In this document: in pieces, positions 22,759 through 48,609 of the stretch
Layout of the letters: the number at the start of each line of letters is the position of its first letter
How positions within the stretch are numbered: the first letter of the stretch is position 1
Origin: the human T2T-CHM13v2.0 reference genome, Homo sapiens
Reading direction: 5' to 3' (one strand)
DNA: 64,000 nt
Assembly: GCF_009914755.1 (NCBI RefSeq)
Contig: NC_060927.1
Translations under genes and position numbers: made by a program
The notes under the pieces: generated by a model
The model's input: the letters and a program-made list of their open reading frames with translations, nothing else
Databases searched by the model: none
What the model was told of the DNA's origin: nothing

Positions 22759-23520
22759 ACACAGCTACAGCGAACTCATTTTCACCAAAGATGCCAAGAA
22801 ATACACTATGGAAAAGACAGTCTCTTCAATAAATGGTGCTGGGGAAATTGGATATCCATATATAGATGAATGAAGCTAGACACCTATTTCTTGCCATATA
22901 CAAAAATCAAATCAAAATGGATTACAACCTCAAACTATGAAGCTACTACAAGAAAACATTGGGGAAAATCTCCAGGATATTGGTCTGGGCAAAAATGTCT
23001 TGAGCAATACCTCAAAGCACAGGCAACCAAAGCACACATGGACAAATGGGATCACATCAAGTTAAAAAGCTTCTTCACAGCAAAGGAAACAGTCAATAAA
23101 ATGAACAGACAACCCACAGAATGGGAGAAAATATTTGCAAACTACGCATCTGAGAAAGGATTAATGACCAGAATATATAAGGAGCTCAAACAACTCTATA
23201 GGAAAAAAATCCAATAATCTGATCAAAAAATGGGCAAAAGATTTGAGCAGACATTTCTCAAAAGTTATACAGATGGCAAGCAGGCATATGAAAAGGTGCT
23301 CAACATCATTGATCATCAGAGAAATACAAATGAGACCTACAATGAAATACCATCTCACCCAAGTTAAAATGACTTATATCCAAAAGACAGACAATAACAA
23401 GTGCTGGTGAGGATGTGGAGAAAAGGGAACCCTTGTATGCTGTTGGTGAGAATGTCAATTAGTACAACCACTATGGAGAACAGTTTGGAGGTTCCTCTGA
23501 AAACTAAAACTAGAGCTACT

Positions 23521-23963
<443 letters not shown>

Positions 23964-26149
23964 TCACAATAGCCAAGATTTGGAAGCAATCTAAGCATCC
24001 ATGAACAGATGAATGGATAAAGAAAATGTGGTACACATACACAACGGAGTACTATTCAATCATAAAGAAGAATGAGATCCTTTTATTTGCAACAACATGG
24101 GTGAAACTGAAGATCATTATATTAAGTGAAATAAACCAGGCACAGAAAAACAGACATCACGTTATCACTTATTTGTGGGATCTAAACATCGAAACAACTG
24201 AATTATTAGAGACAGAGAGTAGAAGGATAGTTACTAGAGGGTGCGAAGGGTAGTGGGTGGCTGGGTGAGGGGAGGTGGAGATGGTTAATAGGTACAAAAA
24301 ATAGTTACAAAGAATGAACAAGACCTACTGTTTGATAGCTCAACAGGGTGACTATGGTCAGTAACTTAATTTACATTTTAAAATTACTTAAAGAGTGTAA
24401 TTGGTTTGTAACTCAAAGGATAAATGCTTGAGGGGATGGATACTTCATTCTTCATGATGCACTTATTTTCACATTGTATGCCTGTATCAAAACATCCCGT
24501 GTATACCATAAGCATATACACCTACTGTGTATCCACAAAAATTAAAAATAAACATAAATTAACATATAAAATATGTAACATTTATATGTGCTACGATTAT
24601 TCAATCTCAAAAAGAAATCAAGAAAACAATCTCATATACAATAGGTAAAACAAAAAATACCTAGGAATAAATTTAACCACAGAGGTGAAAGATTTCTACA
24701 ATGATAAACTAATGTTATTAATGACAAAAACTGAAGAGGACACACATAAATGGAAAGATCTCATGCTCATGGATTTGAAGAATTAATATCATTAAAATGC
24801 CCATACTATTTCAAATGATATACAGATTCAGTGCAATCCCTGTCAAAGTACCAATGACATTCTTCACAGAAATAGAAAAAAAAAAATCCTAAAATTAGTA
24901 TGGAACCACAAAAGACCCTAAATAGCTAAAGTAATGTTGAGCAAAAAGAAAACAGCTGGAGGCATCACACTAATTGTCTTCAAAATATACAATAAAGCAG
25001 TAGTATCCCAAACAGTGTGGTACTAGCATAAAAACAGACACACAGAACAATGGAACAGAATAGAGAACCTAAAATAAGTCCACAGTTACAGCCAACTTAT
25101 TTTTGACAAAGGTGCCAACAATACTCATTGGGGAAAGAATGGTTTCTTCTATAAATTATGCTGGGAAAACTGGATATTCACATGCAGAAGAATTAAACTA
25201 GACTCCTATCTCTTACCATTTACAAGAATCAACTCACAATGGGCTAAACCCTTAAATGTAAGACCTGAAACTATAAAACTACTAGAGGAAAATGGGAAGC
25301 ACTTCATGACATTGATCTATATTAATTTAAAAAAAATCATTTGAAAGCCAATGTAGAAGGAAGATAGTTATGGAAATGTAAAGTTTACATAGGTTCTGTG
25401 AATACACATGAAACACTCAATTTTAAACAATGAAGGCTGTTGTTAATTTACATGTTCTTGTTAATTAGTGATGTGGATTAAGAAGACAGGAGTGGTGGTG
25501 AGTGCTCCAGAGATTGAAATTTAATAGTAAGGGCCTCGATAAAGAGTTTGTTAACGAGTAAAAGAACTGCTGATGTTAATTTCTTAAGTGCTTATGCAAT
25601 TCATTGTAGTTTTATTTATGAGCCAAGCTTAGAATACACCTTTGATCTTAGACAGCTATATCATTGTTAATTTGTGGCTACCTGCAATGACTTGAGACTA
25701 CAGAACCTAATCCTTTCCCCTCTACCTTGGAGGGTTCAATGCAATAAATCCTAGGGTGGACCATTTATTTTTCACTTGGTAGTCAGAGTAAGACACCGAT
25801 GAGTATCTGATGTTTCTTAACAATTCCCAAGCCTGTACAATATTAAGTGATAGAGCTTGGTAGAACTGCTTTTCAAAGTTTTAAAAAATTTGAAAAGTTT
25901 TTGTTCAGAATTTATCTTCCATTGAGGATTTAAAACATTTACAGATTTATAATGCTACAAGTACTTGCAAATATAGCCAAATATTCCCAGAGTATACAGA
26001 TTACCAATAGCAGTTTGGATGTCTTCAGCAGAGATCAAATATAAATATATGCATATATACACATGCAAATAGACTCATGGTATATACATTTTTTCACAGC
26101 TTGTTTTCTTTACAACTGAGAGGCTTGATATCAGTATATATTCACCTCC

Positions 26150-27490
26150 TTCATCCTTTGCATTTTTATACACATTTCAGAATCAGTTTATTGATTTCTA
26201 CAAAAAAGTTTATTAGAATTTTGATTGGGATTGCAGAGAATGTAATGATTAATTTAGGGAGAATATATATTTTTACACTATTGAGTTTTCTAATCCATTA
26301 ATATGATATATGTTTATATTAGGCTTTTAATGTCTCTAATATTTTATAGCTTCTTGTGTAGAGTTCTTCTACATGTCTCATTAGATTTATTTCCAGTTAC
26401 ATGGCATTTTTTGATGTTGTTATAAATGGTGTATTTTCAAAACATTTAATTTTCTAATTGTTTATTGATATATAGACTTAAAAATATTCACCTTGTATCT
26501 AGTGACCTTGCTACAATCATGTATTTGTTGTAATAGTTTATGTCTATATTCTTTTGGATTTTTTTTACATACACAGTCAGACCTGCTGATAAAGACAATT
26601 TTATTTCCTCATTTCCAATTATTACACCTTTAATTGCCTTATTTGCATCGACTGGTCCTGCATACAGTGTTGAATAGAAATGGTGACAGTGGCCATCCTC
26701 TTCTTGTTCCTAACCTTAGTGATAAAATGTTTTGTATATCACCAGTGTGTGTGATGTTTCCTATAGACACATCATAGATGCCCTTTATCAGATTAAGGAA
26801 GTCCCCTTCTAGTCTTATTTTCTTAAGAATTTTTGTCATGAGTGGACTTTGAATTTTATCAATTTTTTCATATATAGAGGTGATCATATGATTTTTTTCC
26901 TTCATTAATTTTCTAATATTAAACCAATCTTGCATTCCTTGAATAATCCCCAGTTGGTCATGATGCATCATCCTTTTTATGCATAGTTGGATTTGATTTG
27001 CTTTGTATTTTTTTAAAAAATGTTTTTATTTATATTAATGAGAAAGATTAGCCGTAATTTTCCTTTAGTCTCATGTCCTCAGGCTTTGCTGTCATGCTGA
27101 GTTCAAAATGAATTCCCTCTTTGGAAGAGATTATTTATGATTGGTGTTATTTTTTTCAGATGTTTCGACAGATTCACTGATAAAGTCATCAGGACCTGGC
27201 ATTTCATTTGTGGGAAGTTTTTAATTACAGATTAACTTTTCTTTAATAAATATAGGACTATTTAAATTTTTAACTTCTCTGCCAGTTTTTGTAGATTTTG
27301 CCTTTCTGTAAATTCGTCTCCCATGTAAAATTTCAAATTAGTTGGTATAAGTTTTTTTGTGTAATATCCTTTTATGATGATTTTAATGTTTTGATTGCTG
27401 ATACTGATAATTTGTTTCTTTTCTTTTTTCCTAATTAGTTTTTCTAGATGTCTGTCAATGTTAGTGTTTTCAAAGAACCAATTTTTAGAT
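26150..27490 (-). mobile_element. Old L1M ORF2 fragment
   Basis: HHDQLGIIQGMQDWFNIRK..GTRRGWPLSPFLFN (RT remnant). Confidence 0.8.
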
Positions 27491-27544
27491 TATAAGGCTT
27501 GATTTACGGTAGTGGAAGTTCTTCAAGATTGACAGGGCGTTTCT

Positions 27545-30030
27545 TCTTATTTTTTTCAATAGTTTTGAGAGTAGAGGTAGGTTTTGGTTTCATGGATGAG
27601 TTCTTTAGTGATGAAATGTGAGATTTTAGTGCACCTGTTACCCGAGCAGTGTACACTGTATCCAATATGTAGTCTTTTATTTCTCAACCCCTTCCAACCT
27701 CCCTCCAGCAAGTCCACAGAGTCTATTACTCTGTATGTCTTTGTGTCCTCATAGCGTAGCTCCCACTTATAGATGAGAACATATGGTATTTGCTTTCCCA
27801 TTCTTGAGTTTCTTCACTTAGAATAATGGCTTCCAGCTCCATCCAAGTTGCTGCAAAAGACATTATTTTGTTCCTTTTTATAGCTAAGTGGTATTCCATG
27901 GTGTATATTTACCACATTTTCTTTATCCACTTGTTGGTCAGTGCGCATTTAGGTTGGTTCTGTGTCTTTGCAATTGTGTGAATTGTGCTGCTATAAATAT
28001 GCATGTGGATGTGTCTTTTTCATATAATGACTTCTTTTCCTTTGAGTGGATACCCAGTAGTGGGATTGCTGGATCGAATGGCAGATCTATTTTTAATTCT
28101 TTAAGGAATCTCCATACTGTTTTCTGTAGCTGTTGTACTAATTTACACTCCCACCAGCAGTGTAAAAGTGTTCCTTTTTCACTACTTCCATGCCAACATC
28201 TATTGTTTTTTGATTTTTAAATTATGACCATTCTTGCAGAAGGTGGTGTCTTATTGTGGTTTTAATTTGCATTTCCCAGAGGATTAATGATATTGAGCAT
28301 TTTTTTTCATGTGTTTGTTGGCTGTTTGTGTATCTTCTTTTGAGAATTGCCTATTCATGTCCTTTTTCCAGTTTCTTATGTGATTTTTTTTTTCTTGCTG
28401 ATTTGAGTTCCTTGTAGATTCTGGATACTAGTTTTTTGTCAGCTGCATAGTTTGCAGATATTTTCTTTGTGGGTTGTCTGTTTACTCTGTTGATTATTTC
28501 TTTTGCTGTGCAGAAGCTTTTTAGTTTAATTAGGTTCCATTCATTTGTTTTTGTTTTTGTTGCATTTGCCTTTGGGTCTTACTCAGGGATTCTTTGCTTA
28601 AGCCAATGTTCAGGAGAGTTTTTTTCCATGTTATCTTGCAGAATTTTTATGGTTTCAAGTCTTGGATTTAAGTGTTTTATCCATCTTGAGTTGTTTTTTG
28701 TATAGTGATAGATGGGGACCCAGTTTCATTCTTCTACATGTGGCTTGTCAGTTTTCCCAGCACCATTTATTGAATAAGGTGTCTGTATTAATCCATTTTT
28801 ATGCTGCTGATAAAGACATACCCAAGACTGGGCAATTTACAAAAGAAAGAGGTTTATTGGACTTACAGTTCCATGTGACTGGGAAGGCCTCACAATCATA
28901 GTGGAAGATAAAAGGCACTTCTCACATGGCAGCAGACAAGAGAAGAGAGAATGTGAGCCAAGTGAAACAGGTTTCCCCTTATCAAACCATCAGATCTCAT
29001 GAGACTTTTTCAATACCATGAGAGCAGTGTGGGGAACACTGCCCCCATGATTCAGTTATCTCCCACCAGGTCCCTCCCACAACACGTGGGAATTATGGAA
29101 GTACAATTCAAGATGAGATCTGGGTGGGGACACAGAGCCAAACCATATCAGTGTTTTTTTTTCCCAGCTTATGTTTTTGTATGCTTTGTTGAATACCATT
29201 TGGCTTTATTTCTGGGTTCTGTATTTTTTTCCATTGGTCTAACTGCTTATTTTTATTCCAGTATCATGCTGTTTTGGTAACTATAGCCCTGTAGTATAAT
29301 TCAAAGTCCCATAATGTGATACTTAATATTGCTTTGTCTGTTCAGGCTCTCTTTTGGTTCCATGTGAATTTTAGGATTGTTTTTTCTAGTTCTTGGGAAA
29401 AATGATGATGATATTTTGATGGGAATTGCATCGAATCTGTAGATTGCTTTTGGCAGTACAGTCATTTTTACAATATTGATTCTTGTTATCTGTGAGCATG
29501 GCATATGTTTCCATTTGTTTGTGTCATCTGTGACTTTTTTTTAGCAGTGCCTTGTAGTTTTTCTTGTAGAGATCTTTAATTTCCTTGGTTAAGTATATTC
29601 CTAGGTATTTTATTTTTATTTTTTGCAGCTGTTGTAAAAGGGATTGAGTTCTTGATTTGATTCTCAGCTTGATTTTTGGTGTATGGCAGTGCTACTGATT
29701 TGTGTACATTGATTTTGTTCCTGAGACCTTACTTTACTGAATTTGTTTGTTAGATCTAGGAATCTTTTGTATGACGGGTTTTCTAGGTATATGATTATAT
29801 CATTGATGAATAGTGACAGTTTGTCATCTTCTTTTCCAATCTGGATGCCCTTTATTTCTTTCTCTTGCCTGATTGCTGGTTAGGACTTCTAGTACTATGT
29901 CAAAGAGAAGTGGTGAAAATGGGCATCCTTATCTTGTTCCAGTTCTCAGGGGGAATGCTTTCAACTTTTCCCCATTCAGTGTGATTTGACTGTGGGTTTG
30001 TCATATATAGCTTTTATTACTTTGAGGTAA
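27545..30030 (-). mobile_element. 5'-truncated L1PB-like element
   Basis: L1PB 3'UTR and ORF2 remnants ([17 protein letters not shown]). Confidence 0.85.
28784..29150 (+). mobile_element. THE1B-like solo LTR nested in the L1PB
   Basis: tgtattaatcc..gctgctgataaagacatacccaagactggg..gccaaaccatatca; TSD gtgt(c/t). Confidence 0.9.
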
Positions 30031-30626
30031 GATGGGGCTTTTCTTTATTCTTTGTATTCTTATATGAATTTTGGAATCAGTTTGTCAATTTCCTTAAAAA
30101 AGTTACGGGATTTTGATTGTTATCTATAGATTTTTTCTGTTGTGCATATGCTTTCTTTTTCATTAGTTTCTGTTCATTTTTATCATGAGAATTCTGCTTT
30201 TCAAAGCATAATCAAATTTATTTGATGATTCTTTTAAAAAATATCTATTTGTTTGCTTGTGGTAGATAAGAAGCTCCTAATATTATTTTTTTCTTAAGTA
30301 ATTGATACAAACTTGCTCAAAAAGTACACTTGAACACAGGATATCCAAGGGACAGAGACTCTGTTAATAGAAATGTTTTTCTACAAGCACACATGCACCC
30401 ACCACTCATGGATAGCAATTTTCCCACAATGTATTTTATTGTCCCAAACTGCTAATATTATTTTTCAAAATGTAGATTAAATGGAAAGGGGCTTACACTT
30501 TAGAAAGAGGAATTAGTAAAGAAGGGAAGGTATACATTTAAGAAAATTTAGTGCTTAATTCAGTGACTCTGACCATGTCTCAGTGTTTAAAAATGCTAAT
30601 TGGTGTGTTTATCCTTGCTTTTCTAG

Positions 30627-30710
30627 TGATATGCAGCTTTCGAGGATCTGTCCCTCAAGGGTTGGTCTTAGAAATAGGAGAAACAGTCCAGATTCTTGAA
30701 AAATGTGAAG
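30627..30710 (+). CDS. DOCK3: DOCK3 coding exon 2 (84 bp, phase 1-1), part of the N-terminal SH3 domain
   Basis: Translates (V)ICSFRGSVPQGLVLEIGETVQILEKCE(G), matching the DOCK3 N-terminus I recall (MWTPTEEEKYGVVICSFRGSVPQGLVLEIGETVQILEKCEGWYRG). Acceptor ccttgcttttctag|TG, donor GAAG|gtgagt, branch-point-like tgctaat at 30594-30600. Confidence 0.96.
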
Positions 30711-30944
30711 GTGAGTATGGACCTACAAAGCACATAAATTGTGATCATTTTTGGCAGTATTATATACATTTATTTTGTGCTAATAAGATTATAAGCAATA
30801 ATTCTGGAGCCATAATTAGTCACATGATGAAATAGTGTTATATAAAATTCTTCCTGATCTGTGTTCAGCATAAAGGTATGAGCTTTTTTGATTCTAATAT
30901 ATTAGCAACAATTAGATAATTAATTTCTGGCTGTCAGAACACGT

Positions 30945-31180
30945 TTTTTACATATATTTATGGGGTACTTGAGATACTTTGGTACAGATATACAATGTGT
31001 AATAATCACATGGTACATGTAGTATCATCTCAAGCATTTACCTTTTTTTGTGTTGCAAAGGTTCCAATTGTACTCCCTCAGTTATTAAAAAATGTGCAAT
31101 AAATTATTGCTGACTGTAGTCACCCTATTGTGCTATCAAATACTAGATCTTATTCATTGTATCTAACTATATTTTGTGCC
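30945..31180 (-). mobile_element. L1MA 3'UTR fragment
   Basis: tatttatggggtac..aatgtgtaataatcacat..gactgtagtcaccctattgtgctatcaaatactagatc. Confidence 0.7.
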
Positions 31181-31301
31181 CTCTTACTTATTTTTTATGA
31201 ATAGGTAATCTACCCATGCTTAGCTGCCTTTGAATAGAACTACGTTATAGTCCATTTATTTGTATGTTTCCGTCTGATTGGCTGGGCATCTTTAGTCCTA
31301 A

Positions 31302-31645
<344 letters not shown>

Positions 31646-32260
31646 TAAATGTAGTTTGGCTTGACTACTGTCCTCTTCTGTGGCGTACATGGGTATTTCT
31701 ACTGTAACATTTACACATTCTTGAGATGGATCGTGTTCTTCAGAATCTGTAATTAATAAGATTTATGGGAAAAATAGGGAGAAATTACACAAAATCAGAG
31801 TATTAACAAAAGCAAAATTGATGCCATGGCAAATAACTTGGGCAGCCTGGACTAGCAGTTCAGTACGGCTACAAGCCATCTCAGATGGTATAATGAAGTA
31901 GAACTGTTGCAGTGTGGGTATAGAGCCAATGTATATGGGAGTGGAGCTCTAATCTAGTTGGGTTCCTGTTAAGAGGGGTATGGGAGGACATGTAACCTAC
32001 CATGATCCAGGAATCATATATATTTAGGAGTACACTTCTCTGGAAAGGGAGCTACACGTACCGTTTTAAATTTTCTTAAAAACAGAAGTATAAATTAGCA
32101 CCCTTTTGTGATAACAACTCTAAGGGAACTAAGAATAGAAGGTAATTTTCTTTATCTAATAAATGATAGCTACTAAAATACCTGCAGCAAACATCACATT
32201 CGGTCATAAAATATTGAAAGAGTTTTCACTGAGATCTAAAAGTGAGACAAGAATACCTAC

Positions 32261-32498
32261 TGTCTTACTCTGTTTATGTTTTGCTATAAAGGAGTACCTG
32301 AGGCTGTATAATTTATAAAGAAAAGGGATTTATTTGCCTCATGGTTCTGTAGGCTGTACAAGAAGCATGACACCAACTTCTGCTTCTGGTGAGGGCCTTA
32401 GGAAGCTTCCACTCATGGCAAAAGTCAAAGAGAAGCCTGTACGTGCAGAGATCACATGGCGAGAGAGAAAGCAAGAGTGAGGGGAGGTGCCAGGCTCT
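32261..32498 (+). mobile_element. MST (MSTB-like) MaLR LTR, 5' half
   Basis: tgtcttactctgttt..gctataaaggagtacctgaggctg..gaggtgccaggctct; 5-bp TSD cctac (32256-32260) pairs with cctgc (59462-59466). Confidence 0.8.
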
Positions 32499-33124
32499 GT
32501 TTAAAATTTTTATTTTTTAATTGACAAATAATAGTTGTATTCATGGGTACATAGTGATGTTTTGGTGCATATAATATATAGTGATCAGATCAGGGTAACT
32601 AGAATATCCATTATCCCAAACATCATTTGTTTTGGTTGAGAAAGTTCAATATTTTCCTTCTAGCTTTTTGAAACTATATATTATTATTAATTATAGTCAT
32701 CTTATGTGGGATAGAACATTAGAACTGATTCTTTTTATCTAGTTGTAATTTTGTATCCTTTGACAAATCTCTTCAAATCCTCCCTTCCCCTTCCCCTCCA
32801 GTATCCTTCATTCAGGATTTTTTTGTTAGCTTCCATGTATGAATAAGAATATGAGGTGTTTAACTTTCTCTTTTTGGCTTATTTCACTTAACATAATGTC
32901 CTCTAGTTCCATTCACATTACCATGAATGGCAGGACTTCAGTATTTTTTATGGCAGAATAGTATTCCATTGTGTATATACAACATATTTTCTTAATCCAT
33001 CTGTTATTGGACACTTAGGTTGATTCCATATCTTGGCTGTTGTGAATAGTGCTGCAATAAACATGGAAGTGCTGATGTCTCTTCAATATAATGACTTCTG
33101 TTCCATTGGATAAAATCCCAGTGG

Positions 33125-33179
33125 CTCCACAAAGAGATCTTGAGACCAAAAAATAAAAAATAAAAATAAAAAAAAAAAG
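33125..33179 (+). other. Micro retro-insertion: 23 nt plus poly(A)
   Basis: ctccacaaagagatcttgagacc plus a ~31-nt A-rich tail, flanked by aatccca(g/c)tgg at 33114-33124 and 33180-33190. Confidence 0.65.
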
Positions 33180-34177
33180 AATCCCACTGGGGTGGGATTG
33201 CTAGATCATATAGTAGTTCTTTTTTTTTTTTTTTTTTGGAGACAGGGTCTCATTCTGTCAGCAGGCTGGAGTGCAGTGGTGCCATCACAGCTTACTGTAG
33301 CCTCGACCTCCTTGGGCTTAGGTGATCCCACCTCAGCCTCCTGAGTGGCTGGGACTACAGGTGCACAACATCATCAGGCCTGGCTAAGTTTTGTATTTTT
33401 TGGTAGAGATGGGGTTTTGCCATGTTGCCCAGGCAGGCTGGTCTTGAGCTCCTGGGCTCAAGTGATCTGCCCACCTCAGCCTTCCAAAATGCTGAAATTA
33501 GAGGCATGATCTAGCACACTCAGCTATATAGTAGTTCTATTTGTAGTATTTTTTTTAATTTGAAATATTTATTTATTTATTTTAAGTTTTGTTTTAGGTT
33601 CAGGGGTACGTGTACACATTTGTTATATTGGTAAACTCATGTCACAGGGGTTTGTTGTACAGATGATCTTGTCACCCAGGTATTAAGCCTAGTATCCATT
33701 AGTTATTTTTCCTGATCCTCTGCCTCTTCCTACCTTCCATTCTCTGGTAGGCCCCAGTGTCTGTTGTTGCCCTCTGTGTGTCCATGTATTCTCATCTTTT
33801 AGTTCCCGGTTGTAAGTGAGAATATGTGGTATTTGGTTTTCTGTTCCCATGTTAGTTTGCTAAGGATAATAGCCTCCAGCTCCATCTATGTTCCTGCAAA
33901 GGACAGGATCTTGTTCTTTTTTATGGCTGTATAGTATTCCATGGTGTATATGTTCCACATTTTCTGTAGTCTACAATTGATGGGCATTTAGATTGATTCC
34001 ATGTCTTTGCTATTGTGAATAGTGCTGCAGTGAACATACACATGCATATGTCTTTATGATAGAATGATTTATATTCCTTCGGGTATATATGCAATATTGG
34101 GATTGATGGGTCGAATGGCAGTTCTGTTTTTAGGTCTTTAGGAATTGCCATACTGTTTTTCACAATGGTTGAACTAA

Positions 34178-34519
<342 letters not shown>

Positions 34520-34532
34520 CCTGTTATTTTTT

Positions 34533-34534
<2 letters not shown>

Positions 34535-34564
<30 letters not shown>
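34535..34564. repeat. (GT)n microsatellite
   Basis: About 15 GT units; a second, interrupted tract lies at ~34963-34996. Confidence 0.9.
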
Positions 34565-34566
<2 letters not shown>

Positions 34567-35825
34567 CTTTTAAAAAAAATTCTTTTCAAAATTAAGTTTT
34601 TTTATTTCAATAGGGTTTTTGGGAACAAGTGGTGTTTGGTTACATGAGTGAGTTCTTTAGTGGTGATTTCTGAGATTTTGGTGCACCCATCACCCGAGCA
34701 GTGTACACTGTACCCAATGTGTAGCCTTTTATCCCTCACCCACCTCCCACCCTTCCCCCCACCGAGTCCCCAAAGTCCGTTGTATCATGCTTATGCCTTT
34801 GCATCCTCATAGCTTAGCTCCCACTTATAAGTGAGAACATATGATGTTTGGTTTTTCATTCCTGAGTTACTTCACTTAGAATAATGGTCTCCAATTCCAT
34901 CCAGGTTGCTGTGAATGCCATGATTTTTTTTTTTTTTTTGGCTCATGGCTGAGTAGTCCATGGTGTGTGTATATTTGTGTGTGTGTGTGTGTGTGTCTGT
35001 ACCACCACACGTTTTCTTTATGCACTCATTGACTGATGGGCATTTGGGCTAGTTCCATATTTTTGCAGTTGCGAATTGTGCTGCTATAAACATGCGTGTG
35101 CATGCGTCTTTTTTGTATGATGACTTCTTTTCCTCTGGGTAGATATCCAGTAGTGGGATTGCTGGATTGAATGGTAGATCTACTTTTTGTTCTTTAAGGA
35201 ATCTCCACACTGTTTTTCATAGTGGTTGTACCAGTTTACGTTCTCATCAGCAGTATAAAAGTGTTCTCTTTTCACCACATCCGTGCCAATATCTTTTTTT
35301 TTTATTTTTAAATTATGATCATTCTTGCAAGAGTAAGGTGGCATCTCATTGTGGTTTTAATTTGCATTTCTTAGATGATTAATGATGTTTAGCATTTTTT
35401 CATGTGTTCATTGGCCATTTGTCTATCTCCTTGAGAAGATTCTCAATGGACAATTCTTGAGAATTGTGTATTCATGTCCTTAGCCCATTTTTTGATGTGA
35501 TTATTTGTTTTTCTCTTCTTGATTTGTTTCACTTCCTTGTAGATTCTGGATATTAGTCCTTCGTTAGATGCATAGTTTGTGAAGATTTTCTCCCACTTTG
35601 TGGATTATCTGTTTACTCTGCTGATTATTTCTTCTGCTGTGCAGAAGCTTTTTAGTTTAAGTAAGTCCCATCCATTTATCTTTGTTTTTGTTTCATTTGC
35701 TTTTGTGTTTTTGGTTATGAAGTCTTTCCCTAAGCCAGTGTCTAGAAGGGGTTTTCCGATGTTACCTTGTAGAATTTTTATGGTTTCAGGTCTTAGATTT
35801 AAGTCTTTGATCCATCTTGAGTTGA

Positions 35826-37155
<1,330 letters not shown>

Positions 37156-38199
37156 TCAGTTCTAGGAGCTTTTTGGATGGGTCTTTAGGGTTTTTTAGGT
37201 ATATGATCATGTCATTGGTGAGCAGTGATCATTTGACTGCCTCTACCAATTCGGATGTCCTTTATTTCTTTCTCTTGTCTGATTGCTCTGGCTAGGACTT
37301 CCAGTACTATGTTGAAGAGAAGTGGTAAAAGTGGGCATCCATGTCTTGTTCCAGTTCTCAGGTGGAATGCTTTTGTCTTTTCCTCATTCAATATAATGTT
37401 GGCTGTGGGTTTGTCATAGATGGCTTTTATTAAGGTATGTCCCTTCTATGCCAATTTTGCTGAGGGTTTTAATCATAAAGGATGCTGGATTTTGTCAAAT
37501 CCTTTTTATGCATCTATTGAGATGATCATGTGATTTTTGTTTTAAATTCTGTTTATGTAGTATATCACGTTTATTGACTTGCCTATGTTAAACCATCTCT
37601 GTGTTCCTGGTATGAAACCCACTTCATCATGGTGGATTATCTTTTAATATACTGTTGGATTCAGTTACGTAGTGTTTTGTTGAGGATTTTTACATCTATG
37701 TTCATCAAGGATATTGATGTGTAGTTTTCTTTTTTTGTTATGTCCTATCCTGGTTTTGATATTAAGGTGATACTGGCTTTATAGAATGATTTAGGGAGTC
37801 CCTCTTTCTCTATCTTTTGGAATAGTTTCAATAGGATTTTTACCAGTTCTTTGAATGGCTGATAGAATTCAGCTGTGAATCCTTCTGGTCCTGGACTTTT
37901 TTTGTTGGCATTTTTTTTTTTTAATTACCATTTTTGTCTCACTGCTTGTTATTTGTCTGTTCAGAGTTTCTGTATCTTCCTGGTTTAATCTAAGAGTGTC
38001 GTGTATTTCCAGAAATTTGTCCATCTCTAGGTTTTCTAGTTTGTGCCCATAAAGATGTTCATAGTAGCCTTGAATGATCTTTTGTATTTCTTTGGTATTG
38101 CTTGTAATATCTCTTGTTTTGTTTCTAATTGAGCTTATTTGGATTTTCTCTCTTCTTGGTTAATCTTTCTAATGGTCTATCAGTGTTATTCATCTTTTC

Positions 38200-40857
<2,658 letters not shown>

Positions 40858-41676
40858 TTATTATCTTTTCAAAGAACGAGGTTTTTGTTTCATTTATCTT
40901 TTGTATTGTTTCTTTTTTGTTTGTTTGTTTCCATTTCATTTAGTTCTGCTCTGATCTTTGTTATTTCTTTTCTTCTGCTGGGTTTGGGTTTAGTTTGTTT
41001 TTGTTTCTCTAGTTCCTTGAGGTGTGACCTTAGACTGTCTTCTTTTTTCTCTTTTAGACTTTTTGATATAGGTGTTTAATGCTAAGAACTTTTCTCTTAG
41101 CACCTCTTGCTGCATCCCAGAGGTTTTGATAGATTGTGTCACTATTATGCAGTTCAAATAACTTTTAATTTCCATCTTGATTTCATTGTTGACCCAATGA
41201 TCATTCAGCAGCAGGTTAGTTTCCATGTATTTTCATGGTTTTGAGGGTTCCTTTTGGAGTTAATTTCCAATTTTATTCCACTGTGATCTGAGAGAGTACT
41301 TGATGTAATTTTGGTTTTCTTAAATTTATAGAGAGTTGTTTTGTGGCCTGTAATATGATCTATCTTGGAGAATGTTCCATGTACTGATGATTAGAATGTA
41401 TATTCTGCAGTTGTTGGGTAGAATGTTCTGTAAATATCTGTTAAGTCCATTTGTTCTAGGGTATAGTTTAAGTCCATTGTTTACTTGTGGTCTTTCTGTC
41501 TTGATAACCTGTCCAGTGCTGTCAGTGGATTATTGAAGTCCGCCACCATTATTGTGTTGCCATCCATCACATTTCTTAGGTCTAGTAGTAACTGTTTTAT
41601 AAATTTGGGAGCTCCAGTGTTAGGTGCATATATATCTAGGATTCTGATATTTTCCTGTTGGACTAGTTTTTAAATC

Positions 41677-47594
<5,918 letters not shown>

Positions 47595-47961
47595 TGGATT
47601 TGGTCTGTTTACATAACCCATATTTCTTGGAGATTTTGTTCCTTTTCATTCTTTTTCTCTGTTATTTTCTGACTGTTTTATTTCAGAAGCCCAGTCCTCA
47701 AGCTCTGAGATTCTTTCCTCACCTTGGTCTGTTCTGCTGTTGATACTTGTGATTGCATTATCAAATTCTTATAGTGTGTTTTGCAGCTCTTTCAGGTCAG
47801 TTACATTCTTTTCTATACTGGCTATTTTGACTTTCAGCTCTTGTATCATTTTATTGTGATACTTAGCTTCCTTGGGTTGGGTTTCGACATACTCTGTTAT
47901 CGCAATGATCTTCCTCCCTAACCATGTTCTGAATTATATTTCTGTCATTTTAGCCATCTGA

Positions 47962-48609
<648 letters not shown>

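Noticed and set aside
30551-30835. 94-aa ORF as a standalone protein
   Set aside because: Only 30627-30710 is exon; the rest is intron that happens to be open in frame.
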